Shown: piece by piece, positions 1 to 12,764 of the stretch
Numbering within the stretch: the first letter of the stretch is position 1
Layout: the number at the start of each line of letters is the position of its first letter
Origin: Octopus vulgaris
Lineage: Eukaryota
DNA length: 64,000 nt
Direction of reading: 5' to 3'
Assembly (NCBI GenBank): GCA_951406725.2
Contig: OX597827.1
Span: 54,188,001 to 54,252,000 of the forward strand
Made by a program: the position numbers and the translations under genes
The notes under the pieces: model-generated
What the model was told of the DNA's origin: nothing
Database searches by the model: none
The model's input: the letters and a program-made list of their open reading frames with translations, nothing else

Positions 1-132
1 AACAAAAGAAATTTCTGTTATGAGAACTAGAGTGATGGAAAATGCAATGGATATTTAAAGTATCAAGTTTTCTATCCGACAATGGTCAACTGTAATTTCT
101 TCTCTGTTGAAGACATTAATATCTGTGACATA

Positions 133-290
133 CCATAAATCCTTGAGTATAATCCGCACTTTTTTCCCCAAATTTAAAGGTCAAAATCCGTAGTGCATAC
201 TATATATGAGGTTAAAAACGAAAATTATCTTCTAAGCAAAGTCCGAGTCTCTATTTGCTGTCCGGCAATGTTTATTCAGACACATTTAGA
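133..290 (+). mobile_element. Truncated left end of pogo/Tigger-type DNA transposon (same family as 4360-5335)
   Basis: TA + CCATAAATCCTTGAGTATAATCCGCAC terminus; ~140 bp align by eye with 4360-4502. Confidence 0.8.
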
Positions 291-1989
291 AATCAGTAAC
301 CATATTGCTTGTTTAGCTAAGTGGTCCCATGATTTAGAAAATAAGAACTAGAATACAACTGTTAGGTGTCTCACAGACAATAATAGTTTCTTATATTGTC
401 ACAAATCTTCTGATTTATATGAAGGGTGACAGTTGCTTGAATTGACTGCAGTATATTTATGTTTTGTATTTTATAAATGCTCATGGAAACAAAAGGCAAA
501 GTCTAACTTGTTAAGATTTAAACTCAGAAAATATTTAGTGAGACAAAACTGTATTCTGAATGTTATTTGATCTAGTTAAGATAACAGTACTATAGAGGGT
601 AATGAATTCCTGTTTACTCTACAATAGATTTGTTATTGTTTTTGTAAGCTCACAATGTATTTAAATATCTACTGTTAAAATACTGAACTGTACCTCCTCA
701 TATAGTTTATCTTATAGCTAGGCAAACTTAACAAATGAGTTTAGTGGCTTTGGTACAGTAATGGTGCTCCTTTAGCTTGGAGGTTGATTGCATAAGGGTC
801 TTGACACTAATTAAATAACAACAAAGTTTTTTATTTACAACCTATATTGCCAATATGATAGAATATCAAAGAAAAGTGTGCTTGGTGGAACCCATCTTAG
901 TAAGGTGAAGTTTTAGATACAAATTATGAGGGAATATTAATATCTTAAGCTAACAACTGAAAATCAGGTTATACACTCAGTCAGCCTGAATATTACATCA
1001 TCACTGCAGTCATCAAGTTAAAAGGATGCAGAGAGTACTTGCAGTTAATGTTACAATAACAAACAAAAAAAAAATGTAAAATAAAAATAATAAATTTTCC
1101 TAAAATTTGGTAATTCATTTTAAACAACTGTTGAAATATTATTTTCTTTCCATTTCCTAAAAATAAAGAAACATCAAAAATATTCCCTACTCTTGTAATA
1201 TCAACTGATGTTGAAAATATAAACAAATATGTAATTTTATCAAAATTACTAGAGATAAATTCTATCAGTCGTGCTAATTTCATTTGAGATATTTCCAAAA
1301 CCACACACATAAAACGCATGTTGGCTTCCTTCAGTAGCTTAAATACATCAAATATTATAGCATCTCTTCAACCTTTAATAATTCCAATGAGTCTATGTTA
1401 AATAAATAAACATTTACAGTTAGGTAGTATAGTGGTACTTGATAAGGTGAGTGTTTTATATTAAATCATTTATGGGCATTATGATCATTTATCATACCTG
1501 CTGCAACTTTTTTTGACTGTGCCTCTGTGCAAGGCATTTAATTCTACATTACCTCAGTTAATCAAGCAAGAGATTCAGTCCAAGCTTGTCTGAGAAAAAT
1601 GATGGATGATAATGATGATGACAGTGGTGGTGGCGGCTGCTGCCATTGCCGACAAGTGCCACACCCAGAAGATTTCACCTCTTAATGCTACAGAAATGAA
1701 AATTTCATACTTTTGCCTAACTGATATGAGAAAAATTTTAAAACAAATATGTAAGCAATGTACATTTGTGTTTGTACATGCACACGCATTCATATGTACA
1801 TGTGAATATAATATAATATATATATGTGCACACACACACACACACATATACACTTAACACATATACATCAAGAAAACTTGCCCTAACATGTTTATATGTG
1901 ATGAGTTTATAATGGCTAAAATCTTAGGTGAGTATGGTGATGCAAATGTCTCGGTAGATGACAATGAACTTAGTGTGGAGAAAAAGATG

Positions 1990-2219
1990 TTAACCCTTTC
2001 GTTACCAACCCGGCTGAAACCGGCTCTGGCTCTGTAGTACAAATGTCTTCTTTCCATAAGTTTTGAATTAAAATCTTCCTCCAAACCTTAGTCACAATTT
2101 ATGTTCCTAATACTAGCTTAATGATAATGAAGTTATTCTACTAAATTCTTTGTTATATTTAAAATTAATTGAAAGAAACACAGAACATCTCAACAGCAAT
2201 ATGGTAACAAAAGGGTTAA
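1990..2219. mobile_element. piggyBac-type MITE (family 1)
   Basis: TTAA-CCCTTTCGTTACC ... GGTAACAAAAGGG-TTAA: terminal inverted repeats with TTAA target-site duplication. Confidence 0.85.
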
Positions 2220-2579
2220 TTTCTGGAAGAAAAAAATAGGCAACTATCTGGAGCTTGTTAAAACCCATTTTGTAATTCACAGTCAATAATATTAGAATCT
2301 GTTAAGAGATCTTGCCCAAATATTTAAATTATGAAACTACATACATGTGAAGGTGCATGGTCTAGTAGTTAGATCATGGTTTCAATTCCCAGACTGGCCA
2401 GTGCATTGTGTCCTTCAGTAAAACACTTTATTTCTCATAATTGCAATCCATTCAGAGAAAATGTAGTAATGATGATTACTTATACACCAGGAAAACCAGA
2501 TAACTGGCCTTTATGAATCCTGGGACTAGAGACAGTAATGTACAGGGGTCGACATTTACATTTTTATTTTTTTGCTACA

Positions 2580-2762
2580 CACTGCTGGTGGTTAAAAGCA
2601 CCCAACATGCAGTGTAAAGTGGTTGGTGTTAGAAAAGCCTTCAGCCATAGGAACTATGCCAGAACAAACAACAGATTTTGGTGCAGACCCTGGCCTTACT
2701 AGATTCTATGAAACTGTCTGACCCATGCCAGCATGGAAAATGGACGTTAAACAATGGTGATA
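2580..2762 (+). mobile_element. Retroposon fragment with RTE-type 3' tail
   Basis: AAAAGCACCC...GTGGTTGGTGTTAG...ACCCATGCCAGCATGGAAAATGGACGTTAAAC motif repeated many times in the window. Confidence 0.7.
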
Positions 2763-2772
2763 ATACATTTAT

Positions 2773-2952
2773 CAGGCATGGTACCAGGAATTTTTCGAAG
2801 GGAGGGCACAAGGTTAGAAGGGAATACAATTCCAGGAGAAAAGGACACAATAACATTATTTAGAAGGGCACACTTCTTTTCTTGAGGGGGCTCACATGCT
2901 CTTCACCCCCCCCCCCACCTCACCACCACCACCACACCAGGATCTGCCTCTG
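2773..2952. mobile_element. Degenerate GC-rich MITE (CAGGGGCGGATCCAGG-like termini)
   Basis: CAGGCATGGTACCAGG ... GATCTGCCTCTG imperfect TIRs around G/C runs; no clear TSD. Confidence 0.4.
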
Positions 2953-4063
2953 TTTATATATGTCTACCAACTTTTTCAAGCATTACAGAGGTGAACTGTA
3001 TGGATTCTGGAATTTAGTATGGTGCTTATTATTTCTGTCTCAATTCAGCTCTTCATTTGTTCTATTTTGTTAACTATAACAATAATTTGCATGTTCACTT
3101 TCAACTGAATTGAGTTGATGTGTGTGTACATAGTTCCACAATTTATAAACCTAGGCAAGATTCTCTTGGCAGTTGTAATAAATATAATCAACTCTTAATT
3201 ACAAATGCGACTTACAAACTGTAACTCACAATGGTTGATATCTTGCTTTTGCAATGACTTCATATTCTGGAATGAAAATAAAACTCAAGGCTTTGTTTTA
3301 CTTCCATTAAGCTTAACTGTTGTTAAAAGAAGGCTTAGAAAAGGATTAACAGGAATATAACACAATCCAAGAACTTAATCTTTAATGCTGTAACAGTTTA
3401 GATTTAAATAATTCAACTGCTTTTGAGCATTTTTTTTTAAAGTTGATGTAATTTACTAGTTCTCTCCACCAAATTTCAGGCCTTGTGCCTCTGTTAGAAA
3501 TCAATATTTTTAAAATATTGTGTGTGTATGTCAAGTTTTAAGATTGCATAGATAAAATCAAAGCTCTCTTCAGTTTTACATTCATTTGTCATGCCTACAT
3601 GGATATGATGTGTAAAGTTAAGGAATAAATGTTTTTACAGCTGAATGATACTCATAATGCTCTTTGATATATCTTTGCAATAGTGTGTGTATGTACGCAC
3701 ACACACACTGCTAAAACAAACACATATACTGGTTTATTATTGTCCCCATTTTGTCCCAGATAACGGTTGAGAAAGCTTGACTGCTATGGAAGTTGAATGT
3801 AATTTGAAATAATTTTGCAATAAAGTAATACAGAAAAAAAGCTCATATTTATTTCATACTATAAGATAATGTTATTGAAGTTTTAGAAGAAACTTAGAAC
3901 TATTTGCCTCAAAATGAAGCAGCAATGTGGTAATTAATTCTGTAACTGATTTGTTTTACTGCTTATCTTATTAAACTTCGGTATAAGGTTGAAAATTAGC
4001 CAAATCAAATTATTGAAATGGGTTATTTACTTATTTGTTTTAATTCTTTATTATTATTATTAT

Positions 4064-4262
4064 GGTGGCAAACTGGCAGAATAATTAGCACGCTGGGCGA
4101 AATGCTTAGCAGTATTTCATCTGTCGTTAGGTTTTGAGTGCGAATGCTGCTGAGGTTGACTTTGCCTTTCATCCTTTCGGGGTCGATAAAATTAGAACCA
4201 GTTACATACTGGGGTTGATGTAATCAACTTAATCCTTCCCCACAAATTTGAAAGGATTATTG
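4064..4262 (+). mobile_element. tRNA-derived SINE with Meta-like central domain
   Basis: TGGCAGAATAATTAGCAC head; GTTGACTTTGCCTTTCATCCTTTCGGGGTCGATAAA core; (ATT/ATC)n tail; multiple copies in window. Confidence 0.8.
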
Positions 4263-4359
4263 ATATTATCATTATCATCATCATCAACATTATTTTCCAA
4301 TTGATTTGCATTTTATTTCATCTTTCAACTGGGTCTCAACCAGAGCCTTAAGGCACTTA

Positions 4360-5335
4360 GTGTAAATCCTCGAGTATAATGTATAATCCACATTTTTTCC
4401 CCAAAATTTAAAGGTCAGAATCCCTAGTGCATATTATATACTAGGTTAAAAATGAAAAATATTTTCTAAGCAATGTCCAAGTCTCTCTTTGCTGTCTGGC
4501 AATTTGTGATGCATTTTGTGATGTCAGGCGCGAAAATACCTTAAGCTAAGCCTGAAAGCAATGATGTCGTAAAAGAATCACCCATAACTTGCAGTAAACA
4601 ACATTTATTAAATTAAAAGTATTCAGATCACAGAATAACATGTAACAAAAACAATTTGCAAACATATTTACATTCCCATATAACAATTAAGAACATCACC
4701 ATTATTGTATTACGCATGCACAGAAGCGTTTTTTCGACTAGGTGCAGCTGGCTTAATTACGCACAAATTGTGCTTAATAGTTTAGTGCTAAATAGTTCGT
4801 CCTGCTGTTTGTATTGGCAATTTGCATCGCATCATTACTGTGACAAACAATAGATACTTAATTGAATACAAGTATTAAATGTTTGAACTACTGTGGGTAT
4901 TTACTAGGGGTTTTATAAATGGGACTTAAACCTGTACATTAATCTCCAATAAAACATTTTATACATTACATGCCCATAAAATGCCTCATAGATCTTATTC
5001 AGCTATGTTTAAATTTGAAGTTATATCATATGCTGAAGAGCATGGTAATAGGGCCGCCGGAAGTAAATTTGATGTTGATGAAAGCAATGCCAGGTTATGG
5101 AGAAGAAATAAAGATGAAATTAAACAGATACCAAAGATAAAGAAGGCAAGAAGGCAGTAATAAAGGATGTTACCGTATACAATTTTACAAACCAAGGACG
5201 TTATATAGACCTCCTTGACTCAAGTTAGAGAAGGGGTGCATATTATACACAAGGTTTAGATTTTTCAGAGGTACAGCCCCCTAAAAATTCTCTGCGTATT
5301 ACACTCAAGTGCAGACTATACTCAAGGATTTACGG
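4360..5335 (+). mobile_element. Non-autonomous pogo-type (Tc1/mariner superfamily) DNA transposon
   Basis: TIRs GTAAATCCTCGAGTATA ... TATACTCAAGGATTTACGG, flanked by TA; internal transposase N-terminal remnant. Confidence 0.85.
4981..5160 (+). CDS. 59-aa mini-ORF, Brinker-type HTH DNA-binding domain of a pogo transposase (transposon-derived; expression unknown)
   Basis: Hand translation MPHRSYSAMFKFEVISYAEEHGNRAAGSKFDVDESNARLWRRNKDEIKQIPKIKKARRQ*; RSYxxxFKxxVxxYAE..N..A...F.V.E.N.R.WR matches the BrkDBD of POGK-like transposases. Confidence 0.7.
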   Translation: MPHRSYSAMFKFEVISYAEEHGNRAAGSKFDVDESNARLWRRNKDEIKQIPKIKKARRQ

Positions 5336-6329
5336 TATATATTAGATGGAGAGAATCTTCTCGAGAATGTGAGTGGTTGATGTCAACAATTTTTTGAGTC
5401 ACAAAGATGGCTGGTTTCCTAGGGATCTGGTCAAAAGATTTGTCAATACCTTGCCTGTAGTAGAAAGGATTAGTATTATTACTCAAGACCTCATAAAGAG
5501 TGGGTTATTTACTGCGTCTTTTTTCTTCTAGTTATTGCAAATAGTAGTCATTATTTATAAAGATAAAATAACTTCAACATCATCTACCCAATGAAAAGTA
5601 CTCTATGCTAACTTACACATGGTAAAATCTAACCTTTGAAAACAGTAAGCTTTATGAAAATGTCAAGCCATTTTCTGGAACATTTTGTGTGAAGGAGTTT
5701 TCAGTACAGTGTATATAGTTGTATCAATACTGGAAAAAAAAATTTATTTTAGTTATTATCAAAAATTTTAAGTTATCCATTCCTTTTGTAATAAATTTCA
5801 AGTTATGATAAGAGTACTGGTAGCTAAGTTCTTAATTTAGTTAATTAATGATTCAATACATAGATCCTAAATTAGACAATTCAGGAATAGGCACTATACT
5901 ATGGTGCCATTGTGCAAACTTTCTTCTGTTTTATATCATAGTCCATTCATGGGTTATGGCCTGTGTCAGGATGAGGTTGCTATGGCAGACCAGCTCTAAG
6001 AAATCGGGCAACTGTTTGAATGTTTATAACTACCTGAGCCAAGCTAGCATGTCGAAATATTTTAATAAATTTTATCGTTGCCTCTTATTTTCTATTTACC
6101 TTTTTAAAATGCTTAAAATATTTTATTGTAACATTTGGTTCACAACTGATTTAGAGAAGTAAAGCTTTGATATAGTCAAAGTATTTTGATTATGTTCATG
6201 ATGACAATATGTCAGTTCTATTTGTGTCAGTTGTGCAGTTAACCCCTCTTTTTTTTTATTAGTTATATTAATGTGTAAGGCTTTATGATAGAGCAGCTCT
6301 TGACTTCAGTAAATAATTCATTCTGGCTT

Positions 6330-6402
6330 CCCAGATCCCCGGTCGAACCGTCCAACCCATGCTAGCATGGAGAACAGACGTTAAACGATGATGATGATGA
6401 TG
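6330..6402 (+). mobile_element. Short, young 5'-truncated RTE-type 3' tail
   Basis: GGTCGAACCGTCCAACCCATGCTAGCATGGAGAACAGACGTTAAACG(ATG)n; CpGs retained. Confidence 0.75.
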
Positions 6403-6736
6403 AATGGGATTATTTCATTATTTTGAACTGAAAAGCAGTGTAATCCAGACAATTTGTAGCAAGGACTGAAGTATTGATTGACTGATACATTAAATGGTTG
6501 AATTCAGTTAAAGAATTGGAAAGCCTATGGATAAAAAAAAAAATTAGAAACCCTTAATGATAATTAGATTATTCAGTAGGGCTACATGTGAACTACTTCA
6601 ATATTTATGACAGGTCAAAAACATAACAGATTTTCTTTTTTGATTTCCAAATTATCCCTAAAAAAAATCAAACTCTGACATGAGAATTTAATGCTCTTTT
6701 GCAGTGTAAATTATATTTTTTAAACTTACTTTACAG

Positions 6737-6839
6737 ATTTGTTTTTAATGTAATAATGTATATTTGTTTAAACTATTTTCTTTTTTCCTTTTTCAGGTAA
6801 GTGACTGTGTTTTTGAGTGCTTTTGATATCTTGGTAAGT
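6737..6839 (+). promoter_or_regulatory. Candidate recursive splice site (AG|GT at 6796/6797) with 37-nt cryptic RS-exon 6797-6833
   Basis: ttttcttttttcctttttCAG|GTAAGT; 58-nt AG-free zone; second donor TTG|GTAAGT at 6834. Confidence 0.65.
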
Positions 6840-7368
6840 AAATTTAATTATTGTCCTGTCTGAGTAGGTGTAAATAAGACACTCTTCTTGCTATTGGCTG
6901 GTAAGAAAAGAGATTACCTTTGTTCAGTTAATATAGAACTGGATGTTTAAGAAAATGATTATTTCGCATGAGGAAAGGAGTTCTGTAAGACTAGGGTAAG
7001 GCACTAGTCTTCAAAATAAATGAGTGAATGTACTTCTGGTGTAATACAGACAAACTGTTGCACTTAAGATTTGAAAATTTCTGAGATAAAAAAAGGCTTA
7101 TTCAGAAAAAGTTTAACTTAGTTGAAATGGAAGAGTTAACTAGACAGTATAGTACAGTGATGGGTCATAAAATTTGTATGTATTGTTTTATCACTTGATG
7201 TCAGCATGAAAAATTTCCATGCTTGGTTGTCCAAGTTTGGGCTTATTGAATTTGTACTTACAGGGTTCTTTCTGACCCATACTTTATGTACCCGTATGTA
7301 TAAGAGGGGCATCAAACCAGCACAGTAGAATAGAAAATGATCAGTGTGTTAGTCTGGGTCAGTTGCCT

Positions 7369-7597
7369 TTAACCCTTTAGTATTCAGATTATTCTGCTAA
7401 ATGTAATGCTTATTTATTCACATTGTTTTGAATTAATCATGCATTATCTCATAGCTTTGAGATTTCAATGAAGTGATTGCTTATTTTTAGAATGACATTG
7501 TAGGGTAGGTATGAGAGGCCAGATCTCACCAGTTTCAACAATAAAACAGGCAGAATATTTGAGTCGGATATGGCCAGTTTAAATACTAAATAGTTAA
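7369..7597. mobile_element. piggyBac-type MITE (family 2)
   Basis: TTAACCCTTTAGTATTCAGA ... TTTAAATACTAAATAGTTAA; homologous to 12379, 38800 and 46503 copies. Confidence 0.8.
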
Positions 7598-8261
7598 ACA
7601 TAGGTACTCCAGCTGTAACTATTCCCTTCTTTACTGTGGATATGCATTTTTAAGATGTAGGATTGTATTCAATGTAGTTCCTATTTAAAAACAGTGAGAA
7701 ATTTGTTAGGAAAAGCATGTTTTTGTCTACACTGGCAGATTGAGACATATTTAACTGGATAGAAGCTTCTCTCTTCTTAACTGTTATGCTCGAACAGTTA
7801 GCAATAGAAGGGGTATCAAGCTGTAATAATACTTGCCTTGTCAAAATACAAATGTATGAACTTACAAGAAAATAAAATTACTACCTATATATCATAGCAT
7901 ATAAAAATAAATACAAAACACAAAAAGTGGAAAAAAACAGGAAAAAAAAACATTTTGTATTCTGTGACTCAGAATCTCAGAAATTGCTGTTATAATTTGT
8001 TACCAACTGTTCTTTTGTCATTTGAACATTATAGTTATTGGAACAACTCTCATAGATATTACTAGACCACTGAAAAATAGAATTCCTACTTAGGAGAAAT
8101 ATTTCACATACATATTCAGTCTACAACATATATTAATTGGTTCAAACATATTGGTCGAAACACCTATTGAGCTGAAAAATTAATGTAGCGGCAACTAAAT
8201 CTCTCTTTTTCTCTTTCTCTCTCCCACTTTCTTTCCCCCTCTCTTTCTCTTTCCCCATCTC

Positions 8262-8310
<49 letters not shown>

Positions 8311-8930
8311 AAACATCTGGAATATTTGTGGCATGCAATTCTAATATATTTGAATTTTTAAAAATGTTTACTCCCTTGGAAAATCAAAAAGAGTTGCTCT
8401 ATTTTATATTAATTCATATACTCTTGTGAATAATAATAATAATAATAATTTCTAATTTAGAAGAAGAATAATAAATGTGCTCTATTCACTAAGTTATGAT
8501 GTATTTCCACTTGACACACCTTTTCCATGCAATGCTATTTCAATTTTTTTTTTTTTTTCAAAAATCAATGCATCATCTGTAAAATGATGTATTGGCAATT
8601 TGCCTCTGAAGCTAGTGTTATTCGTCTAGGATGCTGTTGAAGTGTTTAGAAATGTAAACAATGTTGGTCAGGCTTACAACACTAACCCATAAAAGACTTG
8701 GGGTATAGCTATATTAAGCAAAAAAAAAGAAAAAAAACATTTCATAGTTCTAAAATAACGTAAGTGGTATAATAACTGACTAAGAAATATGACCTGGAGT
8801 TACCATCATTTTAAAAATAGGTTGACAAGCCCTGCTCTATGCCCAGAAAGTATTGTAAACAAGAACGGTGTTTATTTCAGACATAAACTTTATTTTTTTT
8901 TTGTGTGTGTGTGTGTGCTTGGCATTTTTA

Positions 8931-9062
8931 GGCACAGGCGAGGCTGTGTGGTAAGAAGCTTGTTTCCCAACCACATGGTTTGGAGTTCAGTACCACTGCG
9001 TGGCATCTTGAACAAATGTCATCTACTAAAGCCTTTTGCCAACCAAAGTCTTGTGAGTGGAT
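8931..9062 (+). mobile_element. 5' part of tRNA-derived SINE (octopus OR/OK-like family A)
   Basis: GGCTGTGTGGTAAGAAG A-box-like and GAGTTCAGTACC B-box-like head. Confidence 0.75.
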
Positions 9063-9839
9063 AAATAAATCAGGCCAAATGAATTTAGTTGAAAAGAGCA
9101 TCTTTTTAAATTGTTTTATATTAAATTATCGTAACTGCTAAAAAGACCAGAGCTGCTCTAGAAAAGTCAAATACAGAGGTATCAGGTTGATGCATGAAGT
9201 TAAGAAAGTTACAGTTACAGCAGGATTAATTAGGTAAAGAATTGACTTATATATGATACGTTTTGGGCCTATGTCTGGATGGGGAATGACTGAAATTTTC
9301 TTCATAGTGAATCAACTGGAATTCTGAGAGAAAACTAAGGTATTATACCTATAAAGGCCTTAAACAGAGTACCACTTTTTGCAGTCTGATGGTCAATAAG
9401 GGAAATTGTAGATGAATGGCTTAAGAGAGCAATACAAGCCATGCAACAGTTGTTATCAGCAAGGTGGGTGTTAATATTATATACACACACACATTATTTT
9501 TTTAAAGATAATAATAACTTATTACAATTTTGAATTTATACTTGCTTGCTAATGTTCATTTGGAAATTGCTAAACAAATGTACACCGAAATAGTTTTTGT
9601 TGTAAGCCTAGCTGATGAGCTTTGAGTGTCAATTTGGAACAGAAAGCAGGATCAATTGATACTGGGATATCTGCCCTCCTCTTTGTAGTTTTACCTATGG
9701 GGATGACTATTTTTTTTTTTTTTTCAGTATATTTGCTACATTCTCCATGCGCATTTACATATAGTGAGAGATGCGTGGCTTTGGAGAGTTTTAATTCTTC
9801 TTTCCAGCAAACAGGTGTATATTGTAACCTGAATTTTAA

Positions 9840-9844
9840 CACAC

Positions 9845-9884
<40 letters not shown>

Positions 9885-9985
9885 CACATATATATACATA
9901 TGTATACACTCGCACACACATATATACATATGTATGCACACACATATATACATATACATATGTATATATATATATACATATATAT
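9840..9985. repeat. Compound (CA)n/(TA)n microsatellite
   Basis: Direct reading; similar tracts at 8261-8310, 10560-10665, 11590-11656, 13210-13310, 14802-14834, 16388-16480, 42862-42987, 50335-50440. Confidence 0.95.
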
Positions 9986-10299
9986 TATTTAAGTATATAA
10001 TTATAAAAATATAACTATAATTAAGGGTGCTGGAATGCCAGTGCCTATATGCTAGAGGTAAGACTCAAATACCTACAATCCATTCTAAATTTGTTCTCTA
10101 TTTATAACCTCAGGTCGAATGCAAGGTAATAAGCAAGAAGATTTACAAAATTTTAGATGATCCTATATTTTAAGATTTCATGCTCTGCAATAAAGATTAT
10201 TTTGCAATCCTCAGTGGAGATACACCGACAAATATATAAGTGAAAAATACATATACATACCAATAAATCTATTTGTTCAGATACCAATATATACACGCA

Positions 10300-10557
10300 T
10301 TGTATTGTGTTCTTGAGCAAGACACTTTATTTCACGTTGCTCCAGTTCACTCAGCTGTAGAAATGAGTTGTGATGTCACATGTGCCAAGCTGTATCGGCC
10401 TTTGCCTTTCCCTTGGATAACACTGGTATTGTGGAGTGGGGAGGCTGGTATGCATGGACGACTGCTGGTCTTCCATAAACAACCTTGCCTGGACTTGTGC
10501 ATGGGAGAGAAACTTTCTAGGTGCAATCCATGGTCATTCATGACTAAAGGGGGTCTC
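10300..10557 (+). mobile_element. SINE with CORE-like domain (family C)
   Basis: GTGTTCTTGAGCAAGACACTTTATTTCACGTTGCTCCAGTTCACTCAGCTG; related copies at 27710, 31615, 53550, 59640. Confidence 0.75.
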
Positions 10558-10596
10558 AGCATATACACACACTCACATATATATATGTACATACAT

Positions 10597-10655
<59 letters not shown>

Positions 10656-11590
10656 TGCACACATGTACTTCTAAAACATTAGTAATTTGAAAATTACTTT
10701 CTTACTAGTGATGCCTTGGAGTATATTATTTCATATACTTTTGAATGACAAAAAGTGCAGTCTGAGAGATTTGGCTGCTAGTTCTAGCAGGTTAATTAAC
10801 TTCTAAGAGACTCCCTCTTTGTTTCGTACCTTTACATTTTCCAGTTGCTGCACATCGATTTTAATAAGTCATGCAGTGAATTTCATAATGAGACATGATA
10901 TTAATTTGTAGTTCTAATTTCAAAGAAATATTCTGTGTTGTGTATTAAGTTTGAAGTGAGGCATTCTACTCCATAAAAAGGATGCTTTTATTTTCTTTTT
11001 GATGACAAGCACTGTTTGAAATGAAACATTAAAATCTCCCTGCTCTATCTACTCCATATATTTCTTGTAATTCGGAAAGTGAATCTGCTCCCATGTCTGT
11101 GTGTGTACAAGTGCAACAACATGTGCTCTTATGCATATGTATGGGTGCAAGCATTTGTGTACAATTTAATTGTGTGTGTTTGTTTGTGTGTGTGTGTGTG
11201 ACTATAAGGGAGAGAGAGTATGTGTTTCGTTTAGTCAGATCTGATCACCTGATGATATGGAGGTTAGGGGGATTAGTCAGCAGTGAATAAATACTAGTAA
11301 TACTTTAAAGAGGAAACAGAAAATTTTTTTTTAAAAATAGAAAAAGAAAATTAGAAGCAAATAAAAAAAAACTAAAACAAGGGATTGGTTGGTGTCCTGC
11401 CAACCTGTGAGAGCAAAATGAATAGACCCCTAAATAAGGTCTCCCCATTATCAGGAACACTGTGTTATGGTTTGAACAACATTAACTAAACCAGACCAGC
11501 TCCTGATACTAATGACTAAGCCAGACTAACCATAGAAAACACTTAGTTATATAAATAATCTGTTTGTCTGTCTCTATCCCTCTTTATCTG

Positions 11591-11656
<66 letters not shown>

Positions 11657-12378
11657 AACCATACCCTTTTACATGATACTGAACTATGACTGTCTTGTTA
11701 ACTGATCCCTGATAAAGGGTTCAAAGATGCATAAACCATTACTCACACATGTGCTAACATTACTCCCTTTCCTTCCCCTTTCTACTGCTCTCTTCCTCTA
11801 ACACACACAAACACCTACACACAACCAGTCACATGTATATATACCTGGATACATCAATACCTTGAAGATGAGAATTTTTTTTGTCATGACAATCATATAA
11901 TGATATATATTTATTAAAAAAAATCATTTTCACTTCCTTCCCTCTACTTCCTTTATCTAATCTAACTCCTCCCTCATCATGTCCTTCACAAATCTATGCC
12001 CTGACTCATATTTTCTGGGATTTTCCTTGTACTTCCTGAGTTTTAAGTTTCTTCCTGTTTCAAAATGGCATGTGCTGAACACTTCTTGATATCAACTTAG
12101 CCTCATGTTAACACTGCCTACTCATAAGACACTTATTAATCACAGTCCAGTTGGTAAATACTTCGGTTTCAAACCATAAAATGCTAAATACATGCATACA
12201 TTGAGAAATGTTAAAATTCTTTTCATATCACAACACATAAATGTCTTTTAACTGATTTTGTTTTTACTAGAGTAAATGACAAAATACTTATTTGGTATGT
12301 ATGTGGGTTGAGAGAAAAGGTTGTATGAGCTGGGTAACAGAGGAAGGTACCCTTTTGTAAGAATAGACTTAGGAAAGC

Positions 12379-12764
12379 TTAACCCTTTAGCATTCAGATT
12401 ATTCTATCAGTCATAATGCTTATTTATTCACTTTGTTTTGAATTAATCATCTATTATCTTGTAGCTTCAAGATTTCAATGATGTGAGTGTTTATTTTTAG
12501 AATAACTTTATAGAGTATATGTAAGAGCTTGGATCTGGTCAGTACGAATACAAAACATGGAATATTTTGGCCAGACATGGCCAAATCAATCATACATTAT
12601 CTGGTAATTTCAAGGTTTCAATGATGTGATTGTATAGTTTTAGAATGACGTTGTAGGGTAGGTATGAGAAGCTGGATCTAGCCAGTTTGAACATAAAACA
12701 AGTAGTGAATTTGGGCTGGATGTTGCTGGTTTAAATGCAAGAGCATTAAATGCTTAAGGATTAA
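12379..12764. mobile_element. piggyBac-type MITE family 2 with internal tandem duplication
   Basis: TTAACCCTTTAGCATTCAG start; the AATCAT..CATTATC...GGCC block occurs twice (about 12445-12583 and 12587-12730). Confidence 0.75.

Noticed and set aside
1411-1452. Perfect donor AAG|GTGAGT with a nearby TAG|GTAGTA
   Set aside because: No pyrimidine tract (the upstream sequence is A-rich), and it seems to lie in a decayed SINE-like segment.
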